64,000 bases of DNA, from NCBI RefSeq assembly GCF_036321535.1, contig NC_087436.1, positions 1,240,001 to 1,304,000 of the forward strand, read 5' to 3'. Each line of letters starts with the position of its first letter. Within the stretch, counting starts at the first letter, position 1. The position numbers were made by a program, and so were the translations under genes. The stretch is from Camelus dromedarius (taxonomy: Eukaryota). The notes under the pieces were generated by a model, which saw only the letters and a list, made by a program, of their open reading frames with translations, searched no databases and had not been told where the DNA came from. This document shows positions 11,801 to 26,700 of this stretch, one piece after another.

Positions 11801-14800
11801 TTCTTTCATGTAGCACCAAGGGAACGGGTTGCAGGAGACACTTTTTCTCTGCTTCCTCAGTCTGTTTCCTAGTGCCGGTTTGAAGTTCCTGCAGTTTTCA
11901 CTGTAAAACCGAGTTGGAGCTTCTACCTCCCCATATATATGTATGGAATGGAGTTTGCAACTGAAAAGAAACTTTGTGTTCCCAACAAGCTAGGTGAAGG
12001 ACGGCTTTCACACACACTTATCTCTCAGAACTGAGCAAGTGGAGAGACGTTCGTTCATCTAGCACCAAGGGAACGGGTTGCAGGAGACACTTTTTCTCTG
12101 TTTTCTCAGTCTGTTTCCTAGTGCCGGTTTGAAGTTCCTGCAGTTTTCACTGTGAATCCGAGTTGGAGCTTCTACCTACCCATATATATGTATGGAATGG
12201 AGTTTGCAACTGAAAAGAAACTTTGTGTTCCCAACAAGCTAGGTGAAGGACGGCTTTCACACACACTTATCTCTCAGAACTGAGCAAGTGGAGAGACGTT
12301 CGTTCATCTAGCACCAAGGGAACGGGTTGCAGGAGACACTTTTTCTCTGTTTTCTCAGTCTGTTTCCTAGTGCCTGTTTGAAGTTCCTGCAGTTTTCTCT
12401 GTGAATCCGAGTTGGAGCTTCTACCTCCCCATATATATGTATGGAATGGAGTTTGCAACTGAAAAGTAACTTTGTGTTCCCTACAAGCAAGGTGAAGGAC
12501 GGCTTTCACACACACTTATCTCTCAGAACTGAGCAAGTGGAGAGACGTTCGGTCATCTAGCACCAAGGGAATGGGTTGCAGGAGAAACTTTTTCTCTGCA
12601 TTCTCAGTCTGTTTCCTAGTGCCGGTTTGAAGTTCCTGCAGTTTTCACTGTCAAACCGAGTTGGAGCTAGTACCTCCCCATATATATGTATGGAATGGAG
12701 TTTGCAACTGAAAAGAAACTTTGTGTTCCCAACAAGCTAGGTGAAGGACGGCTTTCACACACATTTATCTCTCAGAACTGAGCAAGTGTAGAGACGTTCG
12801 TTCATCTAGCACCAAGGGAACGGGTTGCAGGAGACACTTTTTCTCTGCTTTCTCAGTCTGTTTCCTAGTGCCTGTTAGAAGTTCCTGCAGTTTTCACTGT
12901 CAAACCGAGTTGGAGCTAGTACCTCCCCATATATATGTATGGAATGGAGTTTGCAACTGAAAAGAAACTTTGTGTTCCCAACAAGCTAGGTGAAGGACGG
13001 CTTTCACACACACTTATCTCTCAGAACTGAGCAAGTGGAGAGACGTTCGTTCATCTAGCAGCAAGGGAACGGGTTGCAGGTGACACTTTTCTCTGCTTTC
13101 TCAGTCTATTTCCTAGTGCCGTTTTGAAGTTCCTGCAGTTTTCACTGTCAAACTGTGTTGGAGCTAGTACCTCCCCTTATATATGTATGGAATGGAGTTG
13201 GCAACTGAAAAGAAACTTTGTGTTCCCAACAAGCTAGGTGAAGGACGGCTTTCACACACACTTATCTCTCAGAACTGAGCAAGTGGAGAGACGTTCTTTC
13301 ATGTAGCACTAAGGGAACGGGTTGCAGGAGACACTTTTTCTCTGCTTTCTCAGTCTGTTTCCTAGTGCCGGTTTGAAGTTCCTGCAGTTTTCACTGTAAA
13401 ACCGTGTTGGAGCTTGTACCTCCCCATATATATGTATGGAATGGAGTTTGCAACTGAAAAGAAACTTTGTGTTCCCAACAAGCTAGGTGAAGGACGGCTT
13501 TCACACACACTTATCTCTCAGAAATGAGCAAGTGGAGAGACGTTCGTTCATCTAGCACCAAGGGAACGGGTTGCAGGAGACACTTTTTCTCCGCTTTCTC
13601 AGTCTGTTTCCTAGTGCCGGTTTGAAGTTCCTGCAGTTTTCACTGTAAAACCGAGTTGGAGCTTCTACCTCCCCATATATATGTATGGAATGGAGTTTGC
13701 AACTGAAAAGAAACTTTGTGTTCCCAACAAGCTAGGTGAAGGACGGCTTTCACACACACTTATCTCTCAGAACTGAGCAAGTGGAGAGACTTTCGTTCAT
13801 GTAGCACAAAGGGAACGGGTTGCAGGAGACACTTTTTCTCTGCTTTCTCAGTCTGTTTCCTAGTGCCGGTTTGAAGTTCCTGCAGTTTTCACTCTCAAAC
13901 CAAGTTGGAGCTAGTACCTCCCCATATATATGTATGGAATTGAGTTGGCAACTGAAAAGAAACTTTGTGTTCCCAACAATCTAGGTGAAGGACGGCTTTC
14001 ACACACACTTATCTCTCAGAACTGAGCAAGTGGAGAGACGTTCTTTCATGTAGCACCAAGGGAACGGGTTGCAGGAGACACTTTTTCTCTGCTTCCTCAA
14101 TATGTTTCCTAGTGCCTGTTTGAAGTTCCTGCAGTTTTCACTGTAAAACCGAGTTGGAGCTTCTACCTCCCCATATATATGTATGGAATGGAGTTTGCAA
14201 CTGAAAAGAAACTTTGTGTTCCCAACAAGCTAGGTGAAGAGCGGCTTTCACACACACTTATCTCTCAGAACTGAGCAAGTGGAGAGACGTTCGTTCATCT
14301 AGCACCAAGGGAACGGGTTGCAGGAGACACTTTTTCTCTGCTTTCTCAGTCTGTTTCCTAGTGCCGGTTTGAAGTTCCTGCAGTTTTCACTGTGAAACCG
14401 AGTTGGAGCTTCTACCTCCCCATATATATGTATGGAATGGAGTTTGCAACTGAAAAGAAACTTTGTGTTCCCAACAAGCTAGGTGAAGGACGGCTTTCAC
14501 ACACACTTATCTCTCAGAACTGAGCAAGTGGAGAGACGTTCGTTCATCTAGCACCAAGGGAACGGGTTGCAGGAGACACTTTTTCTCTGTTTTCTCAGTC
14601 TGTTTCCTAGTGCCGGTTTGAAGTTCCTGCAGTTTTCACTGTGAATCAGAGTTGGAGCTTCTACCTCCCCATATATATGTATGGAATGGAGTTTGCAACT
14701 GAAAGTAACTTTGTGTTCCCTACAAGCAAGGTGAAGGACGGCTTTCACACACACTTATCTCTCAGAACTGAGCAAGTGGAGAGACGTTCGTTCATCTAGC

Positions 14801-17749
14801 ACCAAGGGAACGGGTTGCAGGAGACACTTTTTCTCTGCTTTCTCAGTCTGTTTCCTAGTGCCGGTTTGAAGTTCCTGCAGTTTTCACTGTCAAACCGTGT
14901 TGGAGCTAGTACCTCCCCATATATAAGTATGGAATGGAGTTTGCAACTGAAAAGAAACTTTGTGTTCCCAACAAGCTAGGTGAAGGACGGCTTTCACACA
15001 CATTTATCTCTCAGAACTGAGCAAGTGGAGAGACGTTCGTTCATGTAGCACCAAGGGAACGGGTTGCAGGAGACACTTTTTCTCTGCTTTCTCAGTCTGT
15101 TTCCTAGTGCCTGTTAGAAGTTCCTACAGTTTTCACTGTCAAACCGAGTTGGAGCTAGTACCTCCCCATATATATGTATGGAATGGAGTTTGCAACTGAA
15201 AAGAAACTTTGTGTTCCCAACAAGCTAGGTGAAGGACGGCTTTCACACACACTTATCTCTCAGAACTGAGCAAGTGGAGAGACGTTCGTTCATCTAGCAC
15301 CAAGGGAACGGGTTGCAGGTGACACTTTTTCTCTTCTTTCTCAGTCTATTTCCTAGTGCCGTTTTGAAGTTCCTGCAGTTTTCACTGTCAAACCGTGTTG
15401 GAGCTAGTACCTCCCCTTATATATGTATGAATGGAGTTGGCAACTGAAAAGAAACTTTGTGTTCCCAACAAGCTAGGTGAAGGACGGCTTTCACACACAC
15501 TTATCTCTCAGAACTGAGCAAGTGGAGAGACGTTCTTTCATGTAGCACCAAGGGAACGGGTTGCAGGAGACACTTTTTCTCTGCTTTCTCAGTCTGTTTC
15601 CTAGTGCCGGTTTGAAGTTCCTGCAGTTTTCACTGTAAAACCGAGTTGGAGCTTGTACCTCCCCATATATATGTATGGAATGGAGTTTGCAACTGAAAAG
15701 AAACTTTGTGTTCCCAACAAGCTAGGTGAAGGACGGCTTTCACACACACTTATCTCTCAGAACAGAGCAAGTGGAGAGACGTTCGTTCATCTAGCACCAA
15801 GGGAACGGGTTGCAGGAGACACTTTTTCTCTGCTTTCTCAGTCTGTTTCCTAGTGCCGGTTTGAAGTTCCTGCAGTTTTCACTGTCAAACCGAGTTGGAG
15901 CTAGTACCTCCCCATATATATGTATGGAACTGAGTTGGCAACTGAAAAGAAACTTTGTGTTCCCAACAAGCTAGGTGAAGGACGGCTTTCACACACACTT
16001 ATCTCTCAGAACTGAGCAAGTGGAGAGACGTTCTTTCATGTAGCACCAAGGGAACGGGTTGCAGGAGACACTTTTTCTCTGCTTCCTCAGTCTGTTTCCT
16101 AGTGCCGGTTTGATGTTCCTGCAGTTTTCACTGTAAAACCGAGTTGGAGCTTGTACCTCCCCATATATATGTATGGAATGGAGTTTGCAACTGAAAAGAA
16201 ACTTTGTGTTCCCAACAAGCTAGGTGAAGGACGGCTTTCACACACACTTATCTCTCAGAACTGAGCAAGTGGAGAGACTTTCGTTCATGTAGCACAAAGG
16301 GAACGGGTTGCAGGAGACACTTTTTCTCTGCTTTCTCAGTCTGTTTCCTAGTGCCGGTTTGAAGTTCCTGCAGTTTTCACTGTGAAACCGAGTTGGAGCT
16401 TCTACCTCCCCATATATATGTATGGAATGGAGTTTGCAACTGAAAAGAAACTTTGTGTTCCCAACAAGCTAGGTGAAGGACGGCTTTCACACACACTTAT
16501 CTCTCAGAACTGAGCATGTGGAGAGACGTTCGTTCATCTAGCACCAAGGGAACGGGTTGCAGGAGACACTTTTTCTCTGTTTTCTCAGTCTGTTTCCTAG
16601 TGCCGGTTTGAAGTTCCTGCAGTTTTCACTGTTAAACCGTGTTGGAGCTTCTACCTCCCCATATATATGTATGGAATGGAGTTTGCAACTGAAAAGTAAC
16701 TTTGTGTTCCCTACAAGCAAGGTGAAGGACGGCTTTCACACACACTTATCTCTCAGAACTGAGCTAGTGGAGAGACGTTCGTTCATCTAGCACCAAGGGA
16801 ACGGGTTGCAGGAGACAGTTTTTCTCTGCTTTCTCAGTCTGTTTCCTAGTGCCGGTTTGAAGTTCCTGCAGTTTTCACTGTCAAACCGAGTTGGAGCTAG
16901 TACCTCCCCATATATATGTATGGAATGGAGTTTGCAACTGAAAAGAAACTTTGTGTTCCCAACAAGCTAGGTGAAGGACGGCTTTCACACACATTTATCT
17001 CTCAGAACTGAGCAAGTGGAGAGACGTTCGTTCATGTAGCACCAAGGGAACGGGTTGCAGGAGACACTTTTTCTCTGCTTTCTCAGTCTGTTTCCTAGTG
17101 CCTGTTAGAAGTTCCTGCAGTTTTCACTGTCAAACCGAGTTGGAGCTAGTACCTCCCCATATATATGTATGGAATGGAGTTTGCAACTGAAAAGAAACTT
17201 TGTGTTCCCAACAAGCTAGGTGAAGGACGGCTTTCACACACACTTATCTCTCAGAACTGAGCAAGTGGAGAGACGTTCGTTCATCTAGCACCAAGGGAAC
17301 GGGTTGCAGGAGACACTTTTTCTCTGCTTTCTCAGTGTGTTTCCTAGTGCCGGTTTGAAGTTCCTGCAGTTTTCACTGTAAAACCGAGTTGGAGCTTGTA
17401 CCTCCCCATATATATGTATGGAATGGAGTTTGCAACTGAAAAGAAACTTTGTGTTCCCAACAAGCTAGTTGAAGGACGGCTTTCACACACACTTATCTCT
17501 CAGAACTGAGCAAGTGGAGAGAAGTTCGTTCATCTAGCACCAAGGGAACGGGTTGCAGGAGACACTTTTTCTCTGCTTTCTCAGTCTGTTTCCTAGTGCC
17601 GGTTTGAAGTTCCTGCAGTTTTCACTGTCAAACCGAGTTGGAGCTAGTACCTCCCCATATATATGTTTGGAATTGAGTTTGCAACTGAAAAGAAAGTTTG
17701 TGTTCCCAACAAGCTAGTTGAAGGACGGCTTTCACACACACTTATCTCT

Positions 17750-20700
17750 CAGAACTGAGCAAGTGGAGAGACGTTCGTTCATCTAGCACCAAGGGAACGG
17801 GTTGCAGGAGACACTTTTTCTCTGCTTCCTCAGTCTGTTTCCTAGTGCCGGTTTGAAGTTCCTGCAGTTTTCACTGTAAAACCGAGTTGGAGCTAGTACC
17901 TCCCCATATATATGTATGGAATGGAGTTTGCAACTGAAAAGAAACTTTGTGTTCCCAACAAGCTAGGTGAAGGACGGCTTTCACACACACTTATCTCTCA
18001 GAACTGAGCAAGTGGAGAGACGTTCGTTCATCTAGCACCAAGGGAACGGGTTGCAGGAGACACTTATTCTCTGCTTTCTGTCTGTTTCCTAGTGCCTGTT
18101 TGAAGTTCCTGCAGTTTTCACTGTGAAACCGAGTTGGAGCTAGTACCTCCCCATATATATGTATGGAATGGAGTTTGCAACTGAAAAGAAAGTTTGTGTT
18201 CCCAACAAGCTAGGTGAAGGTCGGCTTTCACACACACTTATCTCTCAGAACTGAGCAAGTGGAGAGACGTTCGTTCATCTAGCAGCAAGGGAACGGTTTG
18301 CAGGAGACACTTTTTCTCTGCTTTCTCAGTCTGTTTCCAAGTGCCGGTTTAAAGTTCCTGCAGTTTTCACTGTCAAACCGAGTTGGAGCTAGTACCTCCC
18401 CATATATATGTATGGAATTGAGTTGGCAACTGAAAAGAAACTTTGTGTTCCCAACAAGCTAGGTGAAGGACGGCTTTCACACACATTTATCTCTCAGAAC
18501 TGAGCAAGTGGAGAGACGTTCTTTCATGTAGCACCAAGGGAACGGGTTGCAGGAGGCACTTTTTCTCTGCTTCCTCAGTCTGTTTCCTAGGGCCGGTTTG
18601 AAGTTCCTGCAGTTTTCACTGTAAAACCGAGTTGGAGCTTGTACCTCCCCATATATATGTATGGAATGGAGTTTGCAACTGAAAAGAAACTTTGTGTTCC
18701 CAACAAGCTAGGTGAAGGACGGCTTTCACACACACTTATCTCTCAGAACTGAGCAAGTGGAGAGACGTTCGTTCATGTAGCACAAAGGGAACGGGTTGCA
18801 GGATACACTTTTTCTCTGCTTTCTCAGTCTGTTTCCTAGTGCCGGTTTTAAGTTCCTGCAGTTTTCACTGTAAAACCGAGTTGGAGCTTCTACCTCCCCA
18901 TATATATGTATGGAATGGAGTTTGCAACTGAAAAGAAACTTTGTGTTCCCAACAAGCAAGGTGAAGTACGGCTTTCACACACACTTATCTCTCAGAACTG
19001 AGCAAGTGGAGAGACGTTCGTTCATCTAGCACCAAGGGAACGGGTAGCAGGAGACACTTTATCTCTGCTTTCTCAGTCTGTTTCCTAGTGCCGGTTTAAA
19101 GTTCCTGCAGTTTTCACTGTAAAACAGAGTTGGAGCTAGTACCTCCCCATATATATGTATGGAATGGAGTTTGCAACTGAAAAGAAACTTTGTGTTCCCA
19201 ACAAGCTGGTGAAGGACGGCTTTCACACACACTTATCTCTCAGAACTGAGCAAGTGGAGAGACGTTCGTTCATCTAGCACCAAGGGAACGGGTTGCAGGA
19301 GACACTTTTTCTCTGCTTTCTCAGTCTGTTTCCTAGTGCCGGTTTGAAGTTCCTGCAGTTTTCACTGTGAAACCGAGTTGGAGCTTCTACCTTCCCATAT
19401 ATATGTATGGAATGGAGTTTGCAACTGAAAAGAAACTTTGTGTTCCCAACAAGCTAGGTGAAGGACGGCTTTCACACACACTTATCTCTCAGAACAGAGC
19501 AATTGGAGAGACGTTCGTTCATCTAGCACCAAGGGAACGGGTTGCAGGAGACACTTTTTCTCTGTTTTCTCAGTCTGTTTCCTAGTGCCGGTTTGAAGTT
19601 CCTGCAGTTTTCACTGTGAATCCGAGTTGGAGCTTCTACCTCCCCATATATATGTATGGAATGGAGTTTGCAACTGAAAAGTAACTTTGTGTTCCCTACA
19701 AGCAAGGTGAAGGACGGCATTCACACACACTTATCTCTCAGAACTGAGCAAGTGGAGAGACGTTCGTTCATCTAGCACCAAGGGAAAGGGTTGCAGGAAA
19801 CACTTTTTCTCTGCTTTCTCAGTCTGTTTCCTAGTGCCGGTTTGAAGTTCCTGCAGTTTTCACTGTCAAACCGAGTTGGAGCTAGTACCTCCCCATATAT
19901 ATGTATGGAATGGAGTTTGCAACTGAAAAGAAACTTTGTGTTCCCAACAAGCTAGATGAAGGACGGCTTTCACACACATTTATCTCTCAGAACTGAGCAA
20001 GTGGAGAGACGTTCGTTCATGTAGCACCAAGGGAACGGGTTGCAGGAGACACTTTTTCTCTGCTTTCTCAGTCTGTTTCCTAGTGCCTGTTAGAAGTTCC
20101 TGCAGTTTTCACTGTCAAACCGTGTTGGAGCTAGTACCTCCCCATATATATGTATGGAATGGAGTTTGCAACTGAAAAGAAACTTTGTGTTCCCAACAAG
20201 CTAGGTGAAGGACGGCTTTCACACACACTTATCTCTCAGAACTGAGCAAGTGGAGAGACGTTCGTTCATCTAGCACCAAGGGAACGGGTTGCAGGAGACA
20301 CTTTATCTCTGCTTTCTCAGTCTGTTTCCTAGTGCCGGTTTAAAGTTCCTGCAGTTTTCACTGTCAAACCGAGTTGGAGCTAGTACCTCCCCATATATAT
20401 GTATGGAATGGAGTTTGCAACTGAAAAGAAACTTTGTGTTCCCAACAAGCTAGGTGAAGGACGGCTTTCACACACACTTATCTCTCAGAACTGAGCAAGT
20501 GGAGAGACGTTCGTTCATCTAGCACCAAGGGAACGGGTTGCAGGAGACACTTTTTCTCTGCTTTCTCAGTGTGTTTCCTAGTGCCGGTTTGAAGTTCCTG
20601 CAGTTTTCACTGTAAAACCGAGTTGGAGCTAGTACCTCCCCATATATATGTATGGAATGGAGTTTGCAACTGAAAAGAAACTTTGTGTTCCCAACAAGCT

Positions 20701-23700
20701 AGTTGAAGGACGGCTTTCACACACACTTATCTCTCAGAACTGAGCAAGTGGGGAGAAGTTCGTTCATCTAGCACAAAGGGAACGGGTTGCAGGAGACACT
20801 TTTTCTCTGCTTTCTCAGTCTGTTTCCTAGTGCCGGTTTGAAGTTCCTGCAGTTTTCACTGTCAAACCGAGTTGGAGCTAGTACCTCCCCATATATATGT
20901 ATGGAATTGAGTTGGCAACTGAAAAGAAACTTTGTGTTCCCAACAAGCTAGGTGAAGGACGGCTTTCACACACACTTATCTCTCAGAACTGAGCAAGTGG
21001 AGAGACGTTCTTTCATGTAGCACCAAGGGAACGGGTTGCAGGAGACACTTTTTCTCTGCTTCCTCAGTCTCTTTCCTAGTGCCGGTTTGAAGTTCCTGCA
21101 GTTTTCACTGTAAAATCGAGTTGGAGCTTGTACCTCCCCATATATATGTATGGAATGGAGTTTGCAACTGAAAAGAAACTTTGTGTTCCCAACAAGCTTG
21201 GTGAAGGACGGCTTTCACACACACTTATCTCTCAGAACTGAGCAAGTGGAGAGACTTTCGTTCATGTAGCACAAAGGGAACGGGTTGCAGGAGACACTAT
21301 TTCTCTATTTCTCAGTCTGTTTCCTAGTGCCGGTTTGAAGTTCCTGCAGTTTTCACTCTCAAACCGAGTTGGAGCTAGTACCTCCCCATATATATGTATG
21401 GAATGGAGTTTGCAACTGAAAAGAAACTTTGTGTTCCCAACAAGCTAGGTGAAGGACGGCTTTCACACACACTTATCTCTCAGAACTGAGCAAGTGGAGA
21501 GACGTTCGTTCATCTAGCACCAAGGGAACGGGTTGCAGGAGACACTTTATCTCTGCTTTCTCAGTCTGTTTCCTAGTGCCGGTTTAAAGTTCCTGCAGTT
21601 TTCACTGTCAAACCGAGTTGGAGCTAGTACCTCCCCATATATATGTATGGAATGGAGTTTGCAACTGAAAAGAAACTTTGTGTTCCCAACAAGCTAGGTG
21701 AAGGACGGCTTTCACACACACTTATCTCTCAGAACTGAGCAAGTGGAGAGACGTTCGTTCATCTAGCACCAAGGGAACGGGTTGCAGGAGACACTTTTTC
21801 TCTGCTTTCTCAGTGTGTTTCCTAGTGCCGGTTTGAAGTTCCTGCAGTTTTCACTGTAAAACCGAGTTGGAGCTAGTACCTCCCCATATATATGTATGGA
21901 ATGGAGTTTGCAACTGAAAAGAAACTTTGTGTTCCCAACAAGCTAGTTGAAGGACGGCTTTCACACACACTTATCTCTCAGAACTGAGCAAGTGGGGAGA
22001 AGTTCGTTCATCTAGCACAAAGGGAACGGGTTGCAGGAGACACTTTTTCTCTGCTTTCTCAGTCTGTTTCCTAGTGCCGGTTTGAAGTTCCTGCAGTTTT
22101 CACTGTCAAACCGAGTTGGAGCTAGTACCTCCCCATATATATGTATGGAATTGAGTTGGCAACTGAAAAGAAACTTTGTGTTCCCAACAAGCTAGGTGAA
22201 GGACGGCTTTCACACACACTTATCTCTCAGAACTGAGCAAGTGGAGAGACGTTCTTTCATGTAGCACCAAGGGAACGGGTTGCAGGAGACACTTTTTCTC
22301 TGCTTCCTCAGTCTCTTTCCTAGTGCCGGTTTGAAGTTCCTGCAGTTTTCACTCTAAAATCGAGTTGGAGCTTGTACCTCCCCATATATATGTATGGAAT
22401 GGAGTTTGCAACTGAAAAGAAACTTTGTGTTCCCAACAAGCTTGGTGAAGGACGGCTTTCACACACACTTATCTCTCAGAACTGAGCAAGTGGAGAGACT
22501 TTCGTTCATGTAGCACAAAGGGAACGGGTTGCAGGAGACACTATTTCTCTATTTCTCAGTCTGTTTCCTAGTGCCGGTTTGAAGTTCCTGCAGTTTTCAC
22601 TCTCAAACCGAGTTGGAGCTAGTACCTCCCCATATATATGTATGGAATTGAGTTGGCAACTGAAAAGAAACTTTGTGTTCCCAACAATCTAGGTGAAGGA
22701 CGGCTTTCACACACACTTATCTCTCAGAACTGAGCAAGTGGAGAGACGTTCGTTCATGTAGCACCAAGGGAAGGGGTTGCAGGAGACACTTTTTCTCTGC
22801 TTTCTCAGTCTGTTTCCTAGTGCCGGTATGAAGTTCCTGCAGTTTTCACTGTCAAACCGAGTTGGAGCTAGTACCTCCCCATATATATGTATGGAATGGA
22901 GTTTGCAACTGAAAAGAAACTTTGTGTTCCCAACAAGCTAGGTGAAGGACGGCTTTCACACACACTTATCTCTCAGAACTGAGCTAGTGGAGAGACGTTC
23001 GTTCATCTAGCAACAAGGGAACGGGTTGCAGGTGACACTTTTTCTCTGCTTTCTCAGTCTATTTCCTACTGCCGGTTTGAAGTTCCTGCAGTTTTCACTG
23101 TCAAACCGAGTTGGAGCTAGTACCTCCCCTTATATATGTATGGAATGGAGTTGGCAACCGAAAAGAAACTTTGTGTTCCCAACAAGCTAGGTGAAGGACG
23201 GCTTTCACACACACTTATCTCTCAGAACTGAGCAAGTGGAGAGACGTTCTTTCATGTAGCACCAAGGGAACGGGTTGCAGGAGACACTTTTTCTCTGCTT
23301 TCTCAGTCTGTTTCCTAGTGCCGGTTTGAAGTTCCTGCAGTTTTCACTGTAAAACAGTGTTGGAGCTTGTACCTCCCCATATATATGTATGGAATGGAGT
23401 TTGCAACTGAAAAGAAACTTTGTGTTCCCAACAAGCTAGGTGAAGGACGGCTTTCACACACACTTATCTCTCAGAACTGAGCAAGTGGAGAGACGTTCGT
23501 TCATCTAGCACCAAGGGAACGGGTTGCAGGAGACACTTTTTCTCTGCTTTCTCAGTCTGTTTCCTAGTGCCGGTTTGAAGTTCCTGCAGTTTTCACTGTA
23601 AAACCGAGTTGGAGCTTCTACCTCCCCATATATATGTATGGAATGGAGTTTGCAACTGAAAAGAAACTTTGTGTTCCCAACAAGCTAGGTGAAGGACGGC

Positions 23701-26700
23701 TTTCACACACACTTATCTCTCAGAACAGAGCAAGTGGAGAGACGTTCGTTCATCTAGCACCAAGGGAACGGGTTGCAGGAGACACTTTTTCTCTGCTTTC
23801 TCAGTCTGTTTCCTAGTGCCGGTTTGAAGTTCCTGCAGTTTTCACTGTGAAACCGTGTTGGAGCTAGTACCTCCCCATATATATGTATGGAATGGAGTTT
23901 GCAACTGAAAAGAAACTTTGTGTTCCCAACAAGCTAGTTGAAGGACGGCTTTCACACACACATATCTCTCAGAACTGAGCAAGTGGAGAGACGTTCGTTC
24001 ATCTAGCACCAAGGGAACGGGTTGCAGGAGACACTTTTTCTCTGCTTCCTCAGTCTGTTTCCTAGTGCCGGTTTGAAGTTCGTGCAGTTTTCACTGTAAA
24101 ACCGAGTTGGAGCATGTACCTCCCCATATATATGTATGGAATGGAGTTTGCAACTGAAAAGAAACTTTGTGTTCCCAACAAGCTAGGTGAAGGACGGCTT
24201 TCACACACACTTATCTCTCAGAACTGAGCAAGTGGAGAGACGTTCGTTCATCCAGCACCAAGGGAACGGGTTGCAGGAGACACGTTTTCTCTGCTTTCTC
24301 AGTCTGTTTCCTAGTGCCGGTTTGAAGTTCCTGCAGTTATCACTGTAAAACCGAGTTGGAGCTTGTACCTCCCCATATATATGTATGGAATGGAGTTGGC
24401 AACTGAAAAGAAACTTTGTGTTCCCAACAAGCTAGGTGAAGGACGGCTTTCACACCCACTTATCTCTAAGAACTGAGCAAGTGGAGAGACGTTCGTTCAT
24501 CTAGCACCAAGGGAACGGGTTGCAGGAGACACTTTTTCTCTGTTTTCTCAGTCTGTTTCCTAGTGCCGGTTTGATGTTCCTGCAGTTTTCACTGTGAAAC
24601 CGAGTTGGAGCTTCTACCTCCCCATATATATGTATGGAATGGAGTTTGCAACTGAAAAGAAACTTTCAGTTCCCAACAAGCAAGGTGAAGGACGGTTTTC
24701 ACACACACTTATCTCTCAGAACTGAGCAAGTGGAGAGACGTTCGTTCATCTAGCACCAAGGGAACGGGTTGCAGGAGACACTTTATCTCTGCTTTCTCAG
24801 TCTGTTTCCTAGTGCCGGTTTGAAGTTCCTGCAGTTTTCACTGTGAAACCGAGTTGGAGCTAGTACCTCCCCATATATATGTATGGAATGGAGTTTGCAA
24901 CTGAAAAGAAACCTTGTGTTCCCAACAAGCTAGGTGAAGGACGGCTTTCACACACACTTATCTCCCAGAACTGAGCAAGTGGAGAGACGTTCGTTCATCT
25001 AGCACCAAGGGAACGGGTTGCAGGTGACACTTTTTCTCTGCTCTCTCAGTCTGTTTCCTAGTGCCGGTTTGAAGTTCCTGCAATTTTCACTGTAAAACCG
25101 AGTTGGAGCTAGTACCTCCCCATATATATGTATGGAATGGAGTTTGCAACTGAAAAGAAACTTTGTGTTCCCAACAAGCTAGGTGAAGGACGGCTTTCAC
25201 ACACACTTATCTCTCAGAACTGAGCAAGTGGAGAGACGTTCGTTCATCTAGTACCAAGGGAAGGGGTTGCAGGAGACACTTTTTCTCTGCCTTCTCAGTC
25301 TGTTTCCTAGTGCCGGTTTGAAGTACCTGCAGTTTTCACTGTCGAACCGAGTTGGTGCTAGTACCTCCCCATATATATGTATGGAATGGAGTTTGCAACT
25401 GAAAAGAAACTTTGTGTTCCCCACAAGCTTTTTGAAGGACGGCTTTCACACACAATTATCTCTCAGAACTGAGCAAGTGGAGAGACGTTCGTTCATCTAG
25501 CACCAAGGGAACGGGTTGCAGGAGACACTTTTTCTCTGCTTCCTCAGTCTGTTTCCTAGTGCCGGTTTGAAGTTCCTGCAGTTTTCACTGTAAAACCGAG
25601 TTGGAGCTAGTACCTCCCCATATATATGTATGGAATGGAGTTTGCAACTGAAAAGAAACTTTGTGTTCCCAACAAGCTAGGTGAAGGACGGCTTTCACAC
25701 ACACTTATCTCTCAGAACTGAGCAAGTGGAGAGACGTTCGTTCATCTAGCACCAAGGGAACGGGTTGCAGGAGACACTTATTCTCTGCTTTCTGTCTGTT
25801 TCCTAGTGCCTGTTTGAAGTTCCTGCAGTTTTCACTGTGAAACCGAGTTGGAGCTAGTACCTCCCCATATATATGTATGGAATGGAGTTTGCAACTGAAA
25901 AGAAAGTTTGTGTTCCCAACAAGCTAGGTGAAGGTCGGCTTTCACACACACTTATCTCTCAGAACTGAGCAAGTGGAGAGACGTTCGTTCATCTAGCACC
26001 AAGGGAACGGGTTGCAGGGACACTTTTTCTCTGCTTTCTCAGTCTGTTTCCTAGTGCCGGTTTGAAGTTCCTGCAGTTTTCACTGTCAAACCGAGTTGGA
26101 GCTAGTTCCTCCCCATAGATATGTATGGAATGGAGTTTGCAACTGAAAACAAACTTTGTGTTCCCAACAAGCTAGGTGAAGGATGGCTTTCACACACACT
26201 TATCTCTCAGAAATGAGCAAGTGGAGAGACGTTCGTTCATCTAGCACCAAGGGAACGGGTAGCAGGAGACACTTTTTCTCTGCTTTCTCAGTCTGTTTCC
26301 TAGTGCCGGTTTGAAGTTCCTGCAGTTTTCACTGTAAAACCGAGTTGGAGCTAGTACCTCCCCATATATATGTATGGAATGGAGTTTGCAACTGAAAAGA
26401 AACTTTGTGTTCCCAACAAGCTAGGTGAAGGACGGCTTTCACACACACTTATCTCTCAGAACTGAGCAAGTGGAGAGACGTTCGTTCATCTAGCAGCAAG
26501 GGAACGGTTTGCAGGAGACACTTTTTCTCTGCTTTCTCAGTCTGTTTCCAAGTGCCGGTTTAAAGTTCCTGCAGTTTTCACTGTCAAACCGAGTTGGAGC
26601 TAGTACCTCCCCATATATATGTATGGAATTGAGTTGGCAACTGAAAAGAAACTTTGTGTTCCCAACAAGCTAGGTGAAGGACGGCTTTCACACACATTTA

